This document shows positions 19,372-28,239 of a stretch of 64,000 nucleotides of DNA, in pieces. The stretch's first letter is position 1; each line of letters starts with the position of its first letter. The translations under genes were made by a program, and so were the position numbers. The DNA is from a virus. The stretch lies in the IMG/VR virus record IMGVR_UViG_3300000956_000002, positions 1 through 64,000 of that record; one strand, written 5' to 3'. The notes under the pieces are model-generated. The model worked only from the letters and a program-made list of their open reading frames with translations. It was not told the DNA's origin and made no database searches.

Positions 19372-21111
19372 ATGGATACACCGGTAATTTCCGATCGCTT
19401 CACCGAGCAATGCGCGGTGGTTTACGCGAACAACAACGACACCTGCGGCGGGGCAACGCGGGAAAACATTGCGTATTTCACGCCCGACCTGATGCAGACG
19501 ATGTTTGCGCCGGGTGGTTTGTGGGCGGAGATGGATGCGTGGTTCGAGACGGCCTTCGAAATGAAGGCGTGCGGCACGCGCACCTACTCGATGTATGACT
19601 GGATCATGGCCAACACGCGCCAAGGCGGCGCGCAACTCCTGCAAAAGATCAAGCAGGGCCCAGGCAAATCACTTTTGCAGCCGTTCATCCTCGCGCGCCA
19701 AAGCTCGATCATCAATGACGACTACTGGAACGTCTCGAACGGCTGGCAGCAGAACGCGTATTCCGCAGGATCGACCGGGCCGTTGACCTCCGACGATTTG
19801 GCGGAAGGCGAATCGACTGATCGCGTCGTCCGCGTGACATCTTCGAACGGCATTGAACTGGTGAGTAACTGGTTCAATCCCGGCATGCAGCAGTTCATCG
19901 TGACGAACGAAAGCGACACGGTGGGCATCGGCATGTGGCAGGTTTTGGCCAGCGCTGCGGCGACCAACGGCAGTTACGTCGATGTGTTGCTCCGCGACAT
20001 GAACGGCGGCGCCACCCAATCCAACTACGATTCTTCGCCGACCTCCGGTTTGCTGGTGCGTTCGACGAATAACGTCAATGACTTCGAAAAATGGTGCCAC
20101 AACGAGCCGAATTACGACGGCCGCAAGCTGGTGCCGATGTGGATCAAGACGTTCCGCCGTTCACGCTGCGTCGATTCCGAATACCTGAAGTTTTACGCGC
20201 GGCTCATGTCCGGCGCGAACAAGGCGTTCAAGGAATTCGGCGACCTTCCGCTGGCCGAGCGCAATGCCCAGGACGAACTGCATCACAAGAAAGCGTTCGT
20301 GAACAACTTCTTCTTCAGCGTGCCGTCGGATGCGAACCAGAACATCAACGACTGGCAGGAATTGGAAGAAATCCGGACGCCCAGCGGTTACTCGGTTGAC
20401 CCCGGCACGGGCGGCAAGTTGATTGCGTTGCGAGCCGAAAACATCGGTGTGCTCGAACAACTCCGGCGCTGCAATCGCGTGCGCGATTTGCAGAACCAAC
20501 CGCTGAACTTCTACGAGTTCCTGAACGAGAACTATCGCATCATGCGCAGTCGCGGGAACAACCCTAAGAAGGGCGGGGCGATGGAAATCGACTGGTACAC
20601 CGATAGCACGACCGCGGCGAACATTCATCGTGGCGTCATCGCGTATTGGAAGAAGGAGACGCAGGAAACCCTGGCGCTGAACCACGAGATGACCAAGACG
20701 AACACGTTCGGGATGAAATATCGCTCCTACAGCGACTTCGTTTTCCCGACGGGCTTGACCATCAACATCATCGTGAACGACGCGTTCGACGATTGGGTTA
20801 ATGCCGGCGGTCCCCGCATTTTGACGGCGTTGGATCTCGGCGCCAACGGGACGGTTTACTGGCTGCAAGTGGCGTCCAACCGCAAGCAGTACACGACCGG
20901 AGAAGTCGATAACCTGGCGAAGATCGATCGCGAATGGGCGTGTGTGATGGAAAGCGTCAGCGAAGAGCGGACGTTGCATTCCGACACTGGCGCTGTGGTT
21001 GTCGAATGCCCGCAGGATCAACTTTGGATTTGGGGCATCGCAAACGAAACGCCGGATGTGACCGGTGTGAACACCGAGAACGAAACGCCGTACTACCACG
21101 ACTTGATCTAA
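19372..21111 (+). CDS. probable major capsid protein
   Basis: Position after scaffold, strong codon bias, own operator (19323-19346) and downstream hairpin. Confidence 0.65.
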   Translation: MDTPVISDRFTEQCAVVYANNNDTCGGATRENIAYFTPDLMQTMFAPGGLWAEMDAWFETAFEMKACGTRTYSMYDWIMANTRQGGAQLLQKIKQGPGKSLLQPFILARQSSIINDDYWNVSNGWQQNAYSAGSTGPLTSDDLAEGESTDRVVRVTSSNGIELVSNWFNPGMQQFIVTNESDTVGIGMWQVLASAAATNGSYVDVLLRDMNGGATQSNYDSSPTSGLLVRSTNNVNDFEKWCHNEPNYDGRKLVPMWIKTFRRSRCVDSEYLKFYARLMSGANKAFKEFGDLPLAERNAQDELHHKKAFVNNFFFSVPSDANQNINDWQELEEIRTPSGYSVDPGTGGKLIALRAENIGVLEQLRRCNRVRDLQNQPLNFYEFLNENYRIMRSRGNNPKKGGAMEIDWYTDSTTAANIHRGVIAYWKKETQETLALNHEMTKTNTFGMKYRSYSDFVFPTGLTINIIVNDAFDDWVNAGGPRILTALDLGANGTVYWLQVASNRKQYTTGEVDNLAKIDREWACVMESVSEERTLHSDTGAVVVECPQDQLWIWGIANETPDVTGVNTENETPYYHDLI

Positions 21112-21128
21112 GTCGGAACGAATCTTTA

Positions 21129-21165
21129 CCGGGACTGCTTCTCACAGGCGGCAGTCCTCGGTTTA
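21129..21165 (+). terminator. hairpin after capsid gene
   Basis: CCGGGACTGC...GCAGTCCTCGG then TTT. Confidence 0.45.
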
Positions 21166-21237
21166 AGAAAATGATCCGGCTTGGGTTCATTGGGGTTCCT
21201 GAGCCGGATTCTCTTAAAAACCCCAGCGCATAACCCC

Positions 21238-21702
21238 ATGAGATATTTCAAAAAAATCCTTCCGAAAAACCCGGTGGAAGTGAACGGGAAGATGTTCACG
21301 TTTCCGGCGACGGCGGCAGGAGTCGGTTTGCTGGCGGTGAATCCCGCGACACGTCCGGATTTGATTCGCGGCTTTGAGATGTTGATCGCCAAGCAGCGTG
21401 GCGGGATTTCCGAGATCACGCAGGCTGAATACGAAGGCGAAAAAAAAAAGACACCGAGCCCGAAACCAAAGTCGGGGCAGGACTCGCTCACAGCCAGCCA
21501 GTTCAACCAAATCCGCCTCGCCGCCGACCGCGTAAATGCGGCGCGTGCGGACACTGAGCGGGAGCGGGCAAAGCGGCAATTGACGCCGACGATCAACCGA
21601 AGCTTCAAGCGGCCGGGGATGAAATTCGCAGGGGCGACGGCCAATCCTGAACCGGGCCAGACGCAGCCGGGGCAATGGCGACCGGGGATTTCCGATCGGT
21701 AA
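21238..21702 (+). CDS. hypothetical virion-module protein
   Basis: ATG after an AACCCC leader. Confidence 0.55.
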   Translation: MRYFKKILPKNPVEVNGKMFTFPATAAGVGLLAVNPATRPDLIRGFEMLIAKQRGGISEITQAEYEGEKKKTPSPKPKSGQDSLTASQFNQIRLAADRVNAARADTERERAKRQLTPTINRSFKRPGMKFAGATANPEPGQTQPGQWRPGISDR

Positions 21703-21708
21703 TCGCGA

Positions 21709-23271
21709 ATGCAAACCTACCAACAATTCACGACGAAGCTGCGGGGCAGAATCTGGCCTGGGCGTGAGCCTGCGAATTTGGTGGCGCCGCATGACGCGAT
21801 GTTTCAGACGGCGATGCTCGAACTCCAGAAGTGGGTGCCGTGCCTGAAGGAATACAACATTTCAACTTACGAAAGCGCGGACCGTGAATGGGATGGGGCC
21901 AAGACGCGCGTGCAGATGCCGAATGGGCAGATTCGTCGGGTTTACACCGTGGCCGGCGGAACTGATCGCTGGCGGGATCGCGTTTTTTATCGGTCGTCGA
22001 ATGTCCGGGAGATGGAGTGCTGGGCGCGCAATTTGATGGACGCCGAGACGCCGCCATTGCCGGATTTGGGTTACGGCGTGCGGGCGGAGAGCGAATCCAG
22101 CGATTGGGAACATGGCCGGGCGCGTCAGGGGATTTGGGCGCATTACCGCGGGAAGCTTTACATGGCGCCGTGGTTGCAGACCTACGAATTGCTGGTCGTT
22201 GAATGGGACGGCGAGAAGCAAGAATGGCAGGCCGGCGATGGGGTTGATCCGCGCATTTGGCGACACGATGCCGAGATGGCGGTGGAACTTTACGTCAAAT
22301 GGCGGCACGAACAGAGTTACGGCGACATTGGTATTTCTCGGGAAATCAAAGCGACGTTCGACCGTGTGCTGGCAGATTTGATGCACTGGTGCCGGGAGAA
22401 TACGCGCCAGCGGCAGGATGAAATTTGCGCGTCGGAAGGTGGGACGATCGATCCGCGTCCGGCGGGCACAGATGATTTGTCGGAGGACGATGAGGATCCG
22501 ACAGAGAATACGACGGATGAGGATGAAGTGCTGTTCAACGCGGTCGGCGATTTAGGCGACGACACAGAAGCGGCGGCGGCGGTGGCTGAAGCCGTCATTG
22601 CCGATAATCCCGAAGTTTTCATTGCGCTCGGGGACCTGACTTACAACGACGATTTCGAGGCAGACTTCGGCGTCAAATACAGCGCGCTCATGACCGGTAA
22701 TAAACTGATTCCAGTGCCGGGAAATCACGACGTTATCGATGGGAGCCTCAATACGTTCTCAGAATACTTTGCGGATTTCGTGGGGAACAATGGCCGGAAT
22801 TACGAAGCGACGATCGGGCCTTGCCACATCCTTGTTTACAACACGGAGGACACGGACGGCATCGATCCTGATTCAGCCCAGGCGGAATGGTTGCGGGCGA
22901 AACTGCTGCTTTCGACAGCGCGCTGGAAAATTGTGGTGATGCACAAGGCGCCGTATTCGTCGGACTCGACGCACGGTTCGAACGCTGATTTGCAATTCCC
23001 GTGGGAGGATTGGGGGGCAGTGCCAGATGTCATCATAGCGGCTCACGCGCACGATTACGAACGGTTGGAGGTTGGTGGCGTTCCGTATTTCGTCGTCGGG
23101 ACCGGCGGACATTCGCTTCGAGATTTCGGATCGGCGGTAGATGGCAGTCAGTTCCGGGACAACACGCACTACGGTCGGCTCATTGGGGAAGTGAATTGCG
23201 ATCGCATGATTTTGAGTTTCAAGAGCGTGGACAATGAAGTCCTAGACTCACTGACGATCACGAAGGAATGA
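21709..23271 (+). CDS. adaptor-position protein fused to calcineurin-like (purple acid phosphatase-type) metallophosphoesterase
   Basis: C-terminal GDLG, GDLTY, GNHD, MHKAPY, AHAHDYER; helical N-domain; acidic linker. Confidence 0.8.
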   Translation: MQTYQQFTTKLRGRIWPGREPANLVAPHDAMFQTAMLELQKWVPCLKEYNISTYESADREWDGAKTRVQMPNGQIRRVYTVAGGTDRWRDRVFYRSSNVREMECWARNLMDAETPPLPDLGYGVRAESESSDWEHGRARQGIWAHYRGKLYMAPWLQTYELLVVEWDGEKQEWQAGDGVDPRIWRHDAEMAVELYVKWRHEQSYGDIGISREIKATFDRVLADLMHWCRENTRQRQDEICASEGGTIDPRPAGTDDLSEDDEDPTENTTDEDEVLFNAVGDLGDDTEAAAAVAEAVIADNPEVFIALGDLTYNDDFEADFGVKYSALMTGNKLIPVPGNHDVIDGSLNTFSEYFADFVGNNGRNYEATIGPCHILVYNTEDTDGIDPDSAQAEWLRAKLLLSTARWKIVVMHKAPYSSDSTHGSNADLQFPWEDWGAVPDVIIAAHAHDYERLEVGGVPYFVVGTGGHSLRDFGSAVDGSQFRDNTHYGRLIGEVNCDRMILSFKSVDNEVLDSLTITKE

Positions 23272-23762
23272 GATTTTTAACAATTTTAAGGAACCTATTT
23301 ATGAAAACAGAAGTGAGAGGTCCAGGGCTTGATAAAAACGCAACGAACTCGCGAATTTATTTGAAGCGGGAGGCGCAAGAAATCGCGAGCGCCACACAAG
23401 TGGATGTCCTCGGCGCAGCGCTGGAGGCTGGTGGCGATTATCTCATTGAGGCGTTGATCACGTTCACAGTGGAAACCAACGGGGCCGCGTTTTCGCTGGA
23501 TGTGTCGGCGGACGACATCTCGGTGGATATGTGGGCCGTGGACGCAAATGGGTTGACCAGTCGCCTGGTCGCAAATTCTTTAGCCGAGGAGATCGCGGTC
23601 GGAGGCGATTTGGCTGCGGAAGGGTGTTTGCATTTAAACGGGGTCGTTTTAGGCGCGGCGGGTGGGAATTTCAAAATCAAGTCAGGACAGCACACATCGG
23701 CTCCAGAGGCGCCGTTGGCGATCGGGGCTGGAAGTTACCTGCGCGTCACGAAACTCAATTAA
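23268..23762 (+). CDS. putative structural protein (beta-rich)
   Basis: C-terminal GSYLRVTKLN; tail module. Confidence 0.55.
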   Translation: MRFLTILRNLFMKTEVRGPGLDKNATNSRIYLKREAQEIASATQVDVLGAALEAGGDYLIEALITFTVETNGAAFSLDVSADDISVDMWAVDANGLTSRLVANSLAEEIAVGGDLAAEGCLHLNGVVLGAAGGNFKIKSGQHTSAPEAPLAIGAGSYLRVTKLN

Positions 23763-23776
23763 GGAAAGGAAACACC

Positions 23777-24022
23777 ATGGCACTACTTGCTCCATACGTT
23801 CCGACTGAAATCGTGCATCCGGATGCTGATGGCGCTTTGCCGCCAAGTAGCAGCGACGGAGCCGCTGGACTTATCGGGAATGGTCCGCCGGATGGGAACA
23901 CTGCCAGCGATGGAACGACTGCGGAAGATGCGGTCGAAGGGACGACGTGGCTGGATGATGACACGGACGTTCTTTACGTGAAAAAGGCGGACGGGACCTG
24001 GACGACGGGAACGAGCGTTTAA
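23777..24022 (+). CDS. small tail-fibre-type protein
   Basis: GNGPPDG...GTTWLDDDTDVLYVKKADGTW module; AAGGA upstream. Confidence 0.6.
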   Translation: MALLAPYVPTEIVHPDADGALPPSSSDGAAGLIGNGPPDGNTASDGTTAEDAVEGTTWLDDDTDVLYVKKADGTWTTGTSV

Positions 24023-24026
24023 ATTT

Positions 24027-25016
24027 ATGAGACTGATTCAAAAACTTATTTTGTGCCTGGCTATTGCTGTTCCTGTGCTCGGGGACGGGCCAAAGATTGC
24101 AGGCCGAGAATTTACTGAGTGGTTGAACGACTTTTTGGACACAAGTTCGTTGCTCCCTAAAAACGAAGGAATCGCAACCAGCTTGACAGTGGTCGGGTCA
24201 ATTACCAATTTCGCGAAAGCTGAGATTACAACCACTACTCTATCGGGTTCGTCGATCACGCTCGATTGGACTGCTGGCGGAGAATACCGGCACACAATGG
24301 CCGCGGACACAACGTTGTCGTTCGCAAACTCCACCGGAACAAACCGAACAATCGTTTTAAACGCCTACCCTGACGGCACACATAGCTACACTTGGCCTTC
24401 AGGGGTGATTCCACTGACGCTTACAAATCAACCTTTGTCGCAAGGTTTAACCAAAATCTATTTCGACAGGATAGATGGGACAAATTATTTGAGCGTCTCC
24501 CCGGAGCCACGCAAGGACAGGATGCTATTCACTGGACTTCAATTCAGTGACGGGATCGGTGCGGTCCCAAACACAAACGATTACACAGCCGTCACATTCA
24601 TGCACTACAAGTTCAGTGGCACTGCGGCGACGAATGCGAATTACGGCGTTTATCCAATTGTTCCGGTCCCAGACAATTTGAACACCAACGTCGCTCTGCG
24701 CGCGCGCTTGACGGTTCGGTTGAGCGGAACTGACACTGACCCATCTACTTGGAACTTAGGCGTTCAAAACGTATCAAATTCAGCGAGCGGGTCATTTGGA
24801 GGCGCCGGAAATTGGGTGTCAATCACCATGTCTGGAGATGCTTCTGGAGCCGCGAACGATCTTGAACGAAGTAGCTGGGTGACCCTTACCGGATGGGCGG
24901 GCGCGTTGACTGCTGGGCAATCGATGTTCGTTGTCCTTAACCGGAATGGGGCAAGCGACACTTCGAATGTTGGCGTCTGGGATGTAAACCTCGAACTGGA
25001 GTACGGCATCCAATGA
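24027..25016 (+). CDS. tail-fibre-like protein with N-terminal signal peptide
   Basis: MRLIQKLILCLAIAVPVLG; DWTAG..TLSFAN..TWPSGV fibre domain. Confidence 0.65.
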   Translation: MRLIQKLILCLAIAVPVLGDGPKIAGREFTEWLNDFLDTSSLLPKNEGIATSLTVVGSITNFAKAEITTTTLSGSSITLDWTAGGEYRHTMAADTTLSFANSTGTNRTIVLNAYPDGTHSYTWPSGVIPLTLTNQPLSQGLTKIYFDRIDGTNYLSVSPEPRKDRMLFTGLQFSDGIGAVPNTNDYTAVTFMHYKFSGTAATNANYGVYPIVPVPDNLNTNVALRARLTVRLSGTDTDPSTWNLGVQNVSNSASGSFGGAGNWVSITMSGDASGAANDLERSSWVTLTGWAGALTAGQSMFVVLNRNGASDTSNVGVWDVNLELEYGIQ

Positions 25017-25882
25017 AAAAGCTTTTCCTTATATTTTTGCTGGTTTTGATACCGACAGTGATACACGGCTCCACCCGCGTGATTCCGTGGCCCAATCTGC
25101 CTATAGGGTCGCCTTTGTTGCTCGATAAGGTCGATTCCGCTAACCTCTACTCTGCTTACTCAGTTTCGAGAAAACTTCGGAACGGTTATTCTGGGGCAGC
25201 ATTTCAGGTTCGACGTGCTAGCGACAACACGACGACTAACATTGGTTTCATTGGAACTGCTGTCGATACGGCAGGGCTTCTCGCATTCTGTTCCGGAACG
25301 GACGGGTTTTTGCCCATCGTTTACAATCAAGGACCAGCTTCAAGTCGTGACATCGCATCCGCCTCCGGAAACCAACCAAAGATCGTAACCGCTGGCGTTC
25401 TTGAAACTGGCAACAACTCGCGGCCTTGCATGGTCTTTGATGGGTCGGATGATTTTTTGAACCTCACAGCGACGATCGCTCTTCCAGTCAGCTTTTATAT
25501 CGTGGTGGCAAACACATCGACTGTGAACATTGACACGATTATTTACGGAGGTTCAACGACACGCGCCAGCCTGAAACAGCGCACCGGGCCGCTGTTCGGA
25601 TTGAATTCTGGAACAGATCAAACCTACTCATCGTACGTAAACGGGAATTGGTATCTTGTCCGGGCGACATTCCAGTCCGGAAACGAAGCGTTTCGGCTTA
25701 ACGCAAACTCCGAGGACGCAACCAAGGATGCAGGATCGAACTCCGTAACTTCGCTGGGATTTGGGGCAGCGACCGCCACTGGCCAGTTTAAGAGCAGCGA
25801 ATTGATTTACTTTAACCAAGGAACCCACGCCGATGAAGCTACTATTTTGGCAGATATTAACGCTCACTACGCTCTCTATTAA
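25013..25882 (+). CDS. ConA/LamG-like (arabinofuranosidase-B-catalytic-like) protein with signal peptide
   Basis: AYSVSRKLRNGYSGAAFQVRRASDN, FDGSDD, SELIYF; MKKLFLIFLLVLIP. Confidence 0.7.
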   Translation: MKKLFLIFLLVLIPTVIHGSTRVIPWPNLPIGSPLLLDKVDSANLYSAYSVSRKLRNGYSGAAFQVRRASDNTTTNIGFIGTAVDTAGLLAFCSGTDGFLPIVYNQGPASSRDIASASGNQPKIVTAGVLETGNNSRPCMVFDGSDDFLNLTATIALPVSFYIVVANTSTVNIDTIIYGGSTTRASLKQRTGPLFGLNSGTDQTYSSYVNGNWYLVRATFQSGNEAFRLNANSEDATKDAGSNSVTSLGFGAATATGQFKSSELIYFNQGTHADEATILADINAHYALY

Positions 25883-27593
25883 AGTTGCGGCCGGGACGTA
25901 TTACATAGATTGGGACGGCGGTTCGGATGCGAACAACGGAATAAGCACCGGTACGGCTTGGAAGCGTTCCCCTGGAATGGTTGGGTTCGCTGGCTCGTAT
26001 TCGCACGCGGCGGGGGACCACTTTATTTTTAAAGGCGGCGTCACTTGGCCAAGGACGGTGCTTCCACTGACAATCGCTAACTCTGGAAACTCTTCTACGC
26101 CGGATGTTTATCGTTCGACAAACACATGGTATAGCGGAGGAAGTTTCGCCATCCCATGTTTTGACGGAGAGCACATTCAGCTTGTTGGGTCGATTTCGTC
26201 ACCGATTTACGTCACGGGCGATTACATCACAATTTCAGGAATTGAGATCAAGCGACAACTGGTTCCGAACTCAGCCGGTTTCAACGCCTACGGGCATGGT
26301 GGAATTCGGGTTTCAGCGGCAGGGTCTTTTGTGACAGTAAGGGAATGCTGGATTCATGATTGGCTCCCTGCTGTTAGCGCAGCTACGCCGAACAATACCG
26401 ACTCTGATTTCGGTGGCGTCGTTGGGTTAAGCGGCTCATCAAATATTGTCGTAATCACAAATGTGATCGGGCCGGGTCTGCCTCCAGTCGGTTTGACTGG
26501 AAACAGTGGATGCGGAGTCGGCGGAACAGTTCTCGTCGTTTCGAGCAATCGTATTTTTGGAGTGACGGAATGTATCAACGGGGGCGCGACAAACATTTCC
26601 TTCAACTACCTCAGCTATTGCACGAACTCGTACGATCCGCCCTACCATCCGAATGTGATTTACCACGGGCTCGCGAGCAACGGTAAGGCGTGGATATACG
26701 GGAACACGATCCACGGAATTGATACTGAATTTCAAACGATGTTATTGCACGTTGGCTACCTCGGAGCCACCAACACGGCCTACTACATCTCAGGGAATTT
26801 GATTTACGATGTGTCGTCTCCAATCGACGTTGACGAATCGGGGATCGTAATAGCTAACAGCGGAACAAAGGCTTACATTTACAATAATACCATTTCCAGA
26901 AGCATCACGGTTGCAGCGTTAAAACGCAACCAGACCTATCACATCAGCCTTTTGGAGTGTAAAAATAACCTCTGGATTTCCGACACGCCAACCGGGAACC
27001 CAATCGGAACAGCGGCCACTACTTCCGCCTATGCGCCAGTGGAATCTTTGGTTGACGACAACAATGTGTGGCTGACTTCCGCGCAGGCCGTAACGGCAGG
27101 CTACACGACCGTAAATCTTTTCCAGGGCACGTCCGCTACGGCTGGGCTCGGCGACAATTATTATTCATTGGTGTTCCCAAGATACGATGTGCTGGGTCGC
27201 GAAAGGCAATCTGTGGGGGATTGGGATATTGGAGCCTACGCTCTGGTCGGGCCAACGATTTCAACGATCCCAGACCAATCGATTTATAAAGACGAAGCAA
27301 CCGCGGCAATCCCGTTTACGTTAAGCGACATCGACGATGCGGAGGCGGATTTAACTCTGAGCGTCGAGTCCAGTAACACAGCTTTGATACAAACGGGTGA
27401 CATTTCTTTTGGTGGAAGCGGAGCAAGTCGGACGATAACCGTGACACCCGACGCAGGAGAAACAGGCTCATCGACGATAACCGTCACGGCTGAAGACCCT
27501 AACGGAAACACCGGATCTACTGAGTTTCTAATCGATGTCACCGAGCCGATCGTTATCCCTGCGCGCGTCGGAACTTTCGTCCGGCGCCGATAA
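25833..27593 (+). CDS. secreted parallel beta-helix protein with C-terminal cadherin/Ig-like domain
   Basis: YYIDWDGGSDANNG..AWK, GNTI/NNTI repeats, WDIGAY, PTISTIPDQ..SSNTALI..TITVTP. Confidence 0.72.
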   Translation: MKLLFWQILTLTTLSIKVAAGTYYIDWDGGSDANNGISTGTAWKRSPGMVGFAGSYSHAAGDHFIFKGGVTWPRTVLPLTIANSGNSSTPDVYRSTNTWYSGGSFAIPCFDGEHIQLVGSISSPIYVTGDYITISGIEIKRQLVPNSAGFNAYGHGGIRVSAAGSFVTVRECWIHDWLPAVSAATPNNTDSDFGGVVGLSGSSNIVVITNVIGPGLPPVGLTGNSGCGVGGTVLVVSSNRIFGVTECINGGATNISFNYLSYCTNSYDPPYHPNVIYHGLASNGKAWIYGNTIHGIDTEFQTMLLHVGYLGATNTAYYISGNLIYDVSSPIDVDESGIVIANSGTKAYIYNNTISRSITVAALKRNQTYHISLLECKNNLWISDTPTGNPIGTAATTSAYAPVESLVDDNNVWLTSAQAVTAGYTTVNLFQGTSATAGLGDNYYSLVFPRYDVLGRERQSVGDWDIGAYALVGPTISTIPDQSIYKDEATAAIPFTLSDIDDAEADLTLSVESSNTALIQTGDISFGGSGASRTITVTPDAGETGSSTITVTAEDPNGNTGSTEFLIDVTEPIVIPARVGTFVRRR

Positions 27594-28089
27594 GCACAAC
27601 GCTAATCGCGAGCAAAGCAGCGCTGCTGTTCGTGTCTGGAACTTCGTTGGGCGTCGGCGTTGGGTCTGGTATCACTGGAAGGCCCGGAATCGTGGATGGA
27701 AGATTAACGTCAAATGTCGCGATGGTAAATGAGCCGAATATTTGAATCGAGTCGCCGGTCGTGGCTTGGTAGTAATCAAACTTCACGTCATGCGTTCCTG
27801 GCGTAAACGCTGATCCCAAGTCTGGAATTAGTCCGTAGATATCATACGGGGCCACCTCTGTGGCGTTTTGAGCCTCAAAAACAAGAGGTACAACAATCTT
27901 GTGGGCATAAACCAATCCATCGATGAATAGGAATGATCTGGTAATATCTGGTTCGAGATCAATAACCCCGACATGGAGATGGACCCCGGCGTTGTCCTGA
28001 TCGACGGTGATATCCAAAGTTGCAATCGCCTTTGATGTTTGAGCCGAAAGCGCAAAAAGCGCGCAGAGTATTGTTAGGATTTTTTTCAT
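27553..28089 (-). CDS. VPDSG-CTERM/PEP-CTERM-type exosortase substrate (moron)
   Basis: Signal peptide MKKILTILCALFALSA; C-terminal VPDTNSS + TM + RKFRR. Confidence 0.78.
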   Translation of the reverse strand: MKKILTILCALFALSAQTSKAIATLDITVDQDNAGVHLHVGVIDLEPDITRSFLFIDGLVYAHKIVVPLVFEAQNATEVAPYDIYGLIPDLGSAFTPGTHDVKFDYYQATTGDSIQIFGSFTIATFDVNLPSTIPGLPVIPDPTPTPNEVPDTNSSAALLAISVVLIGAGRKFRRAQG

Positions 28090-28239
28090 AGACTTTGATT
28101 TGTCATACACCGGGCGGAAACGGAAAGCAATATAAAAATATAACAATAGTAAGGACGGTTAATGGTCGGGTGTTCAGGATAGGCGAGCCGAGTTTTTCTC
28201 ATTGTTTTTCCGTAAAATCCGGGTTACTGAAGAATTCGT

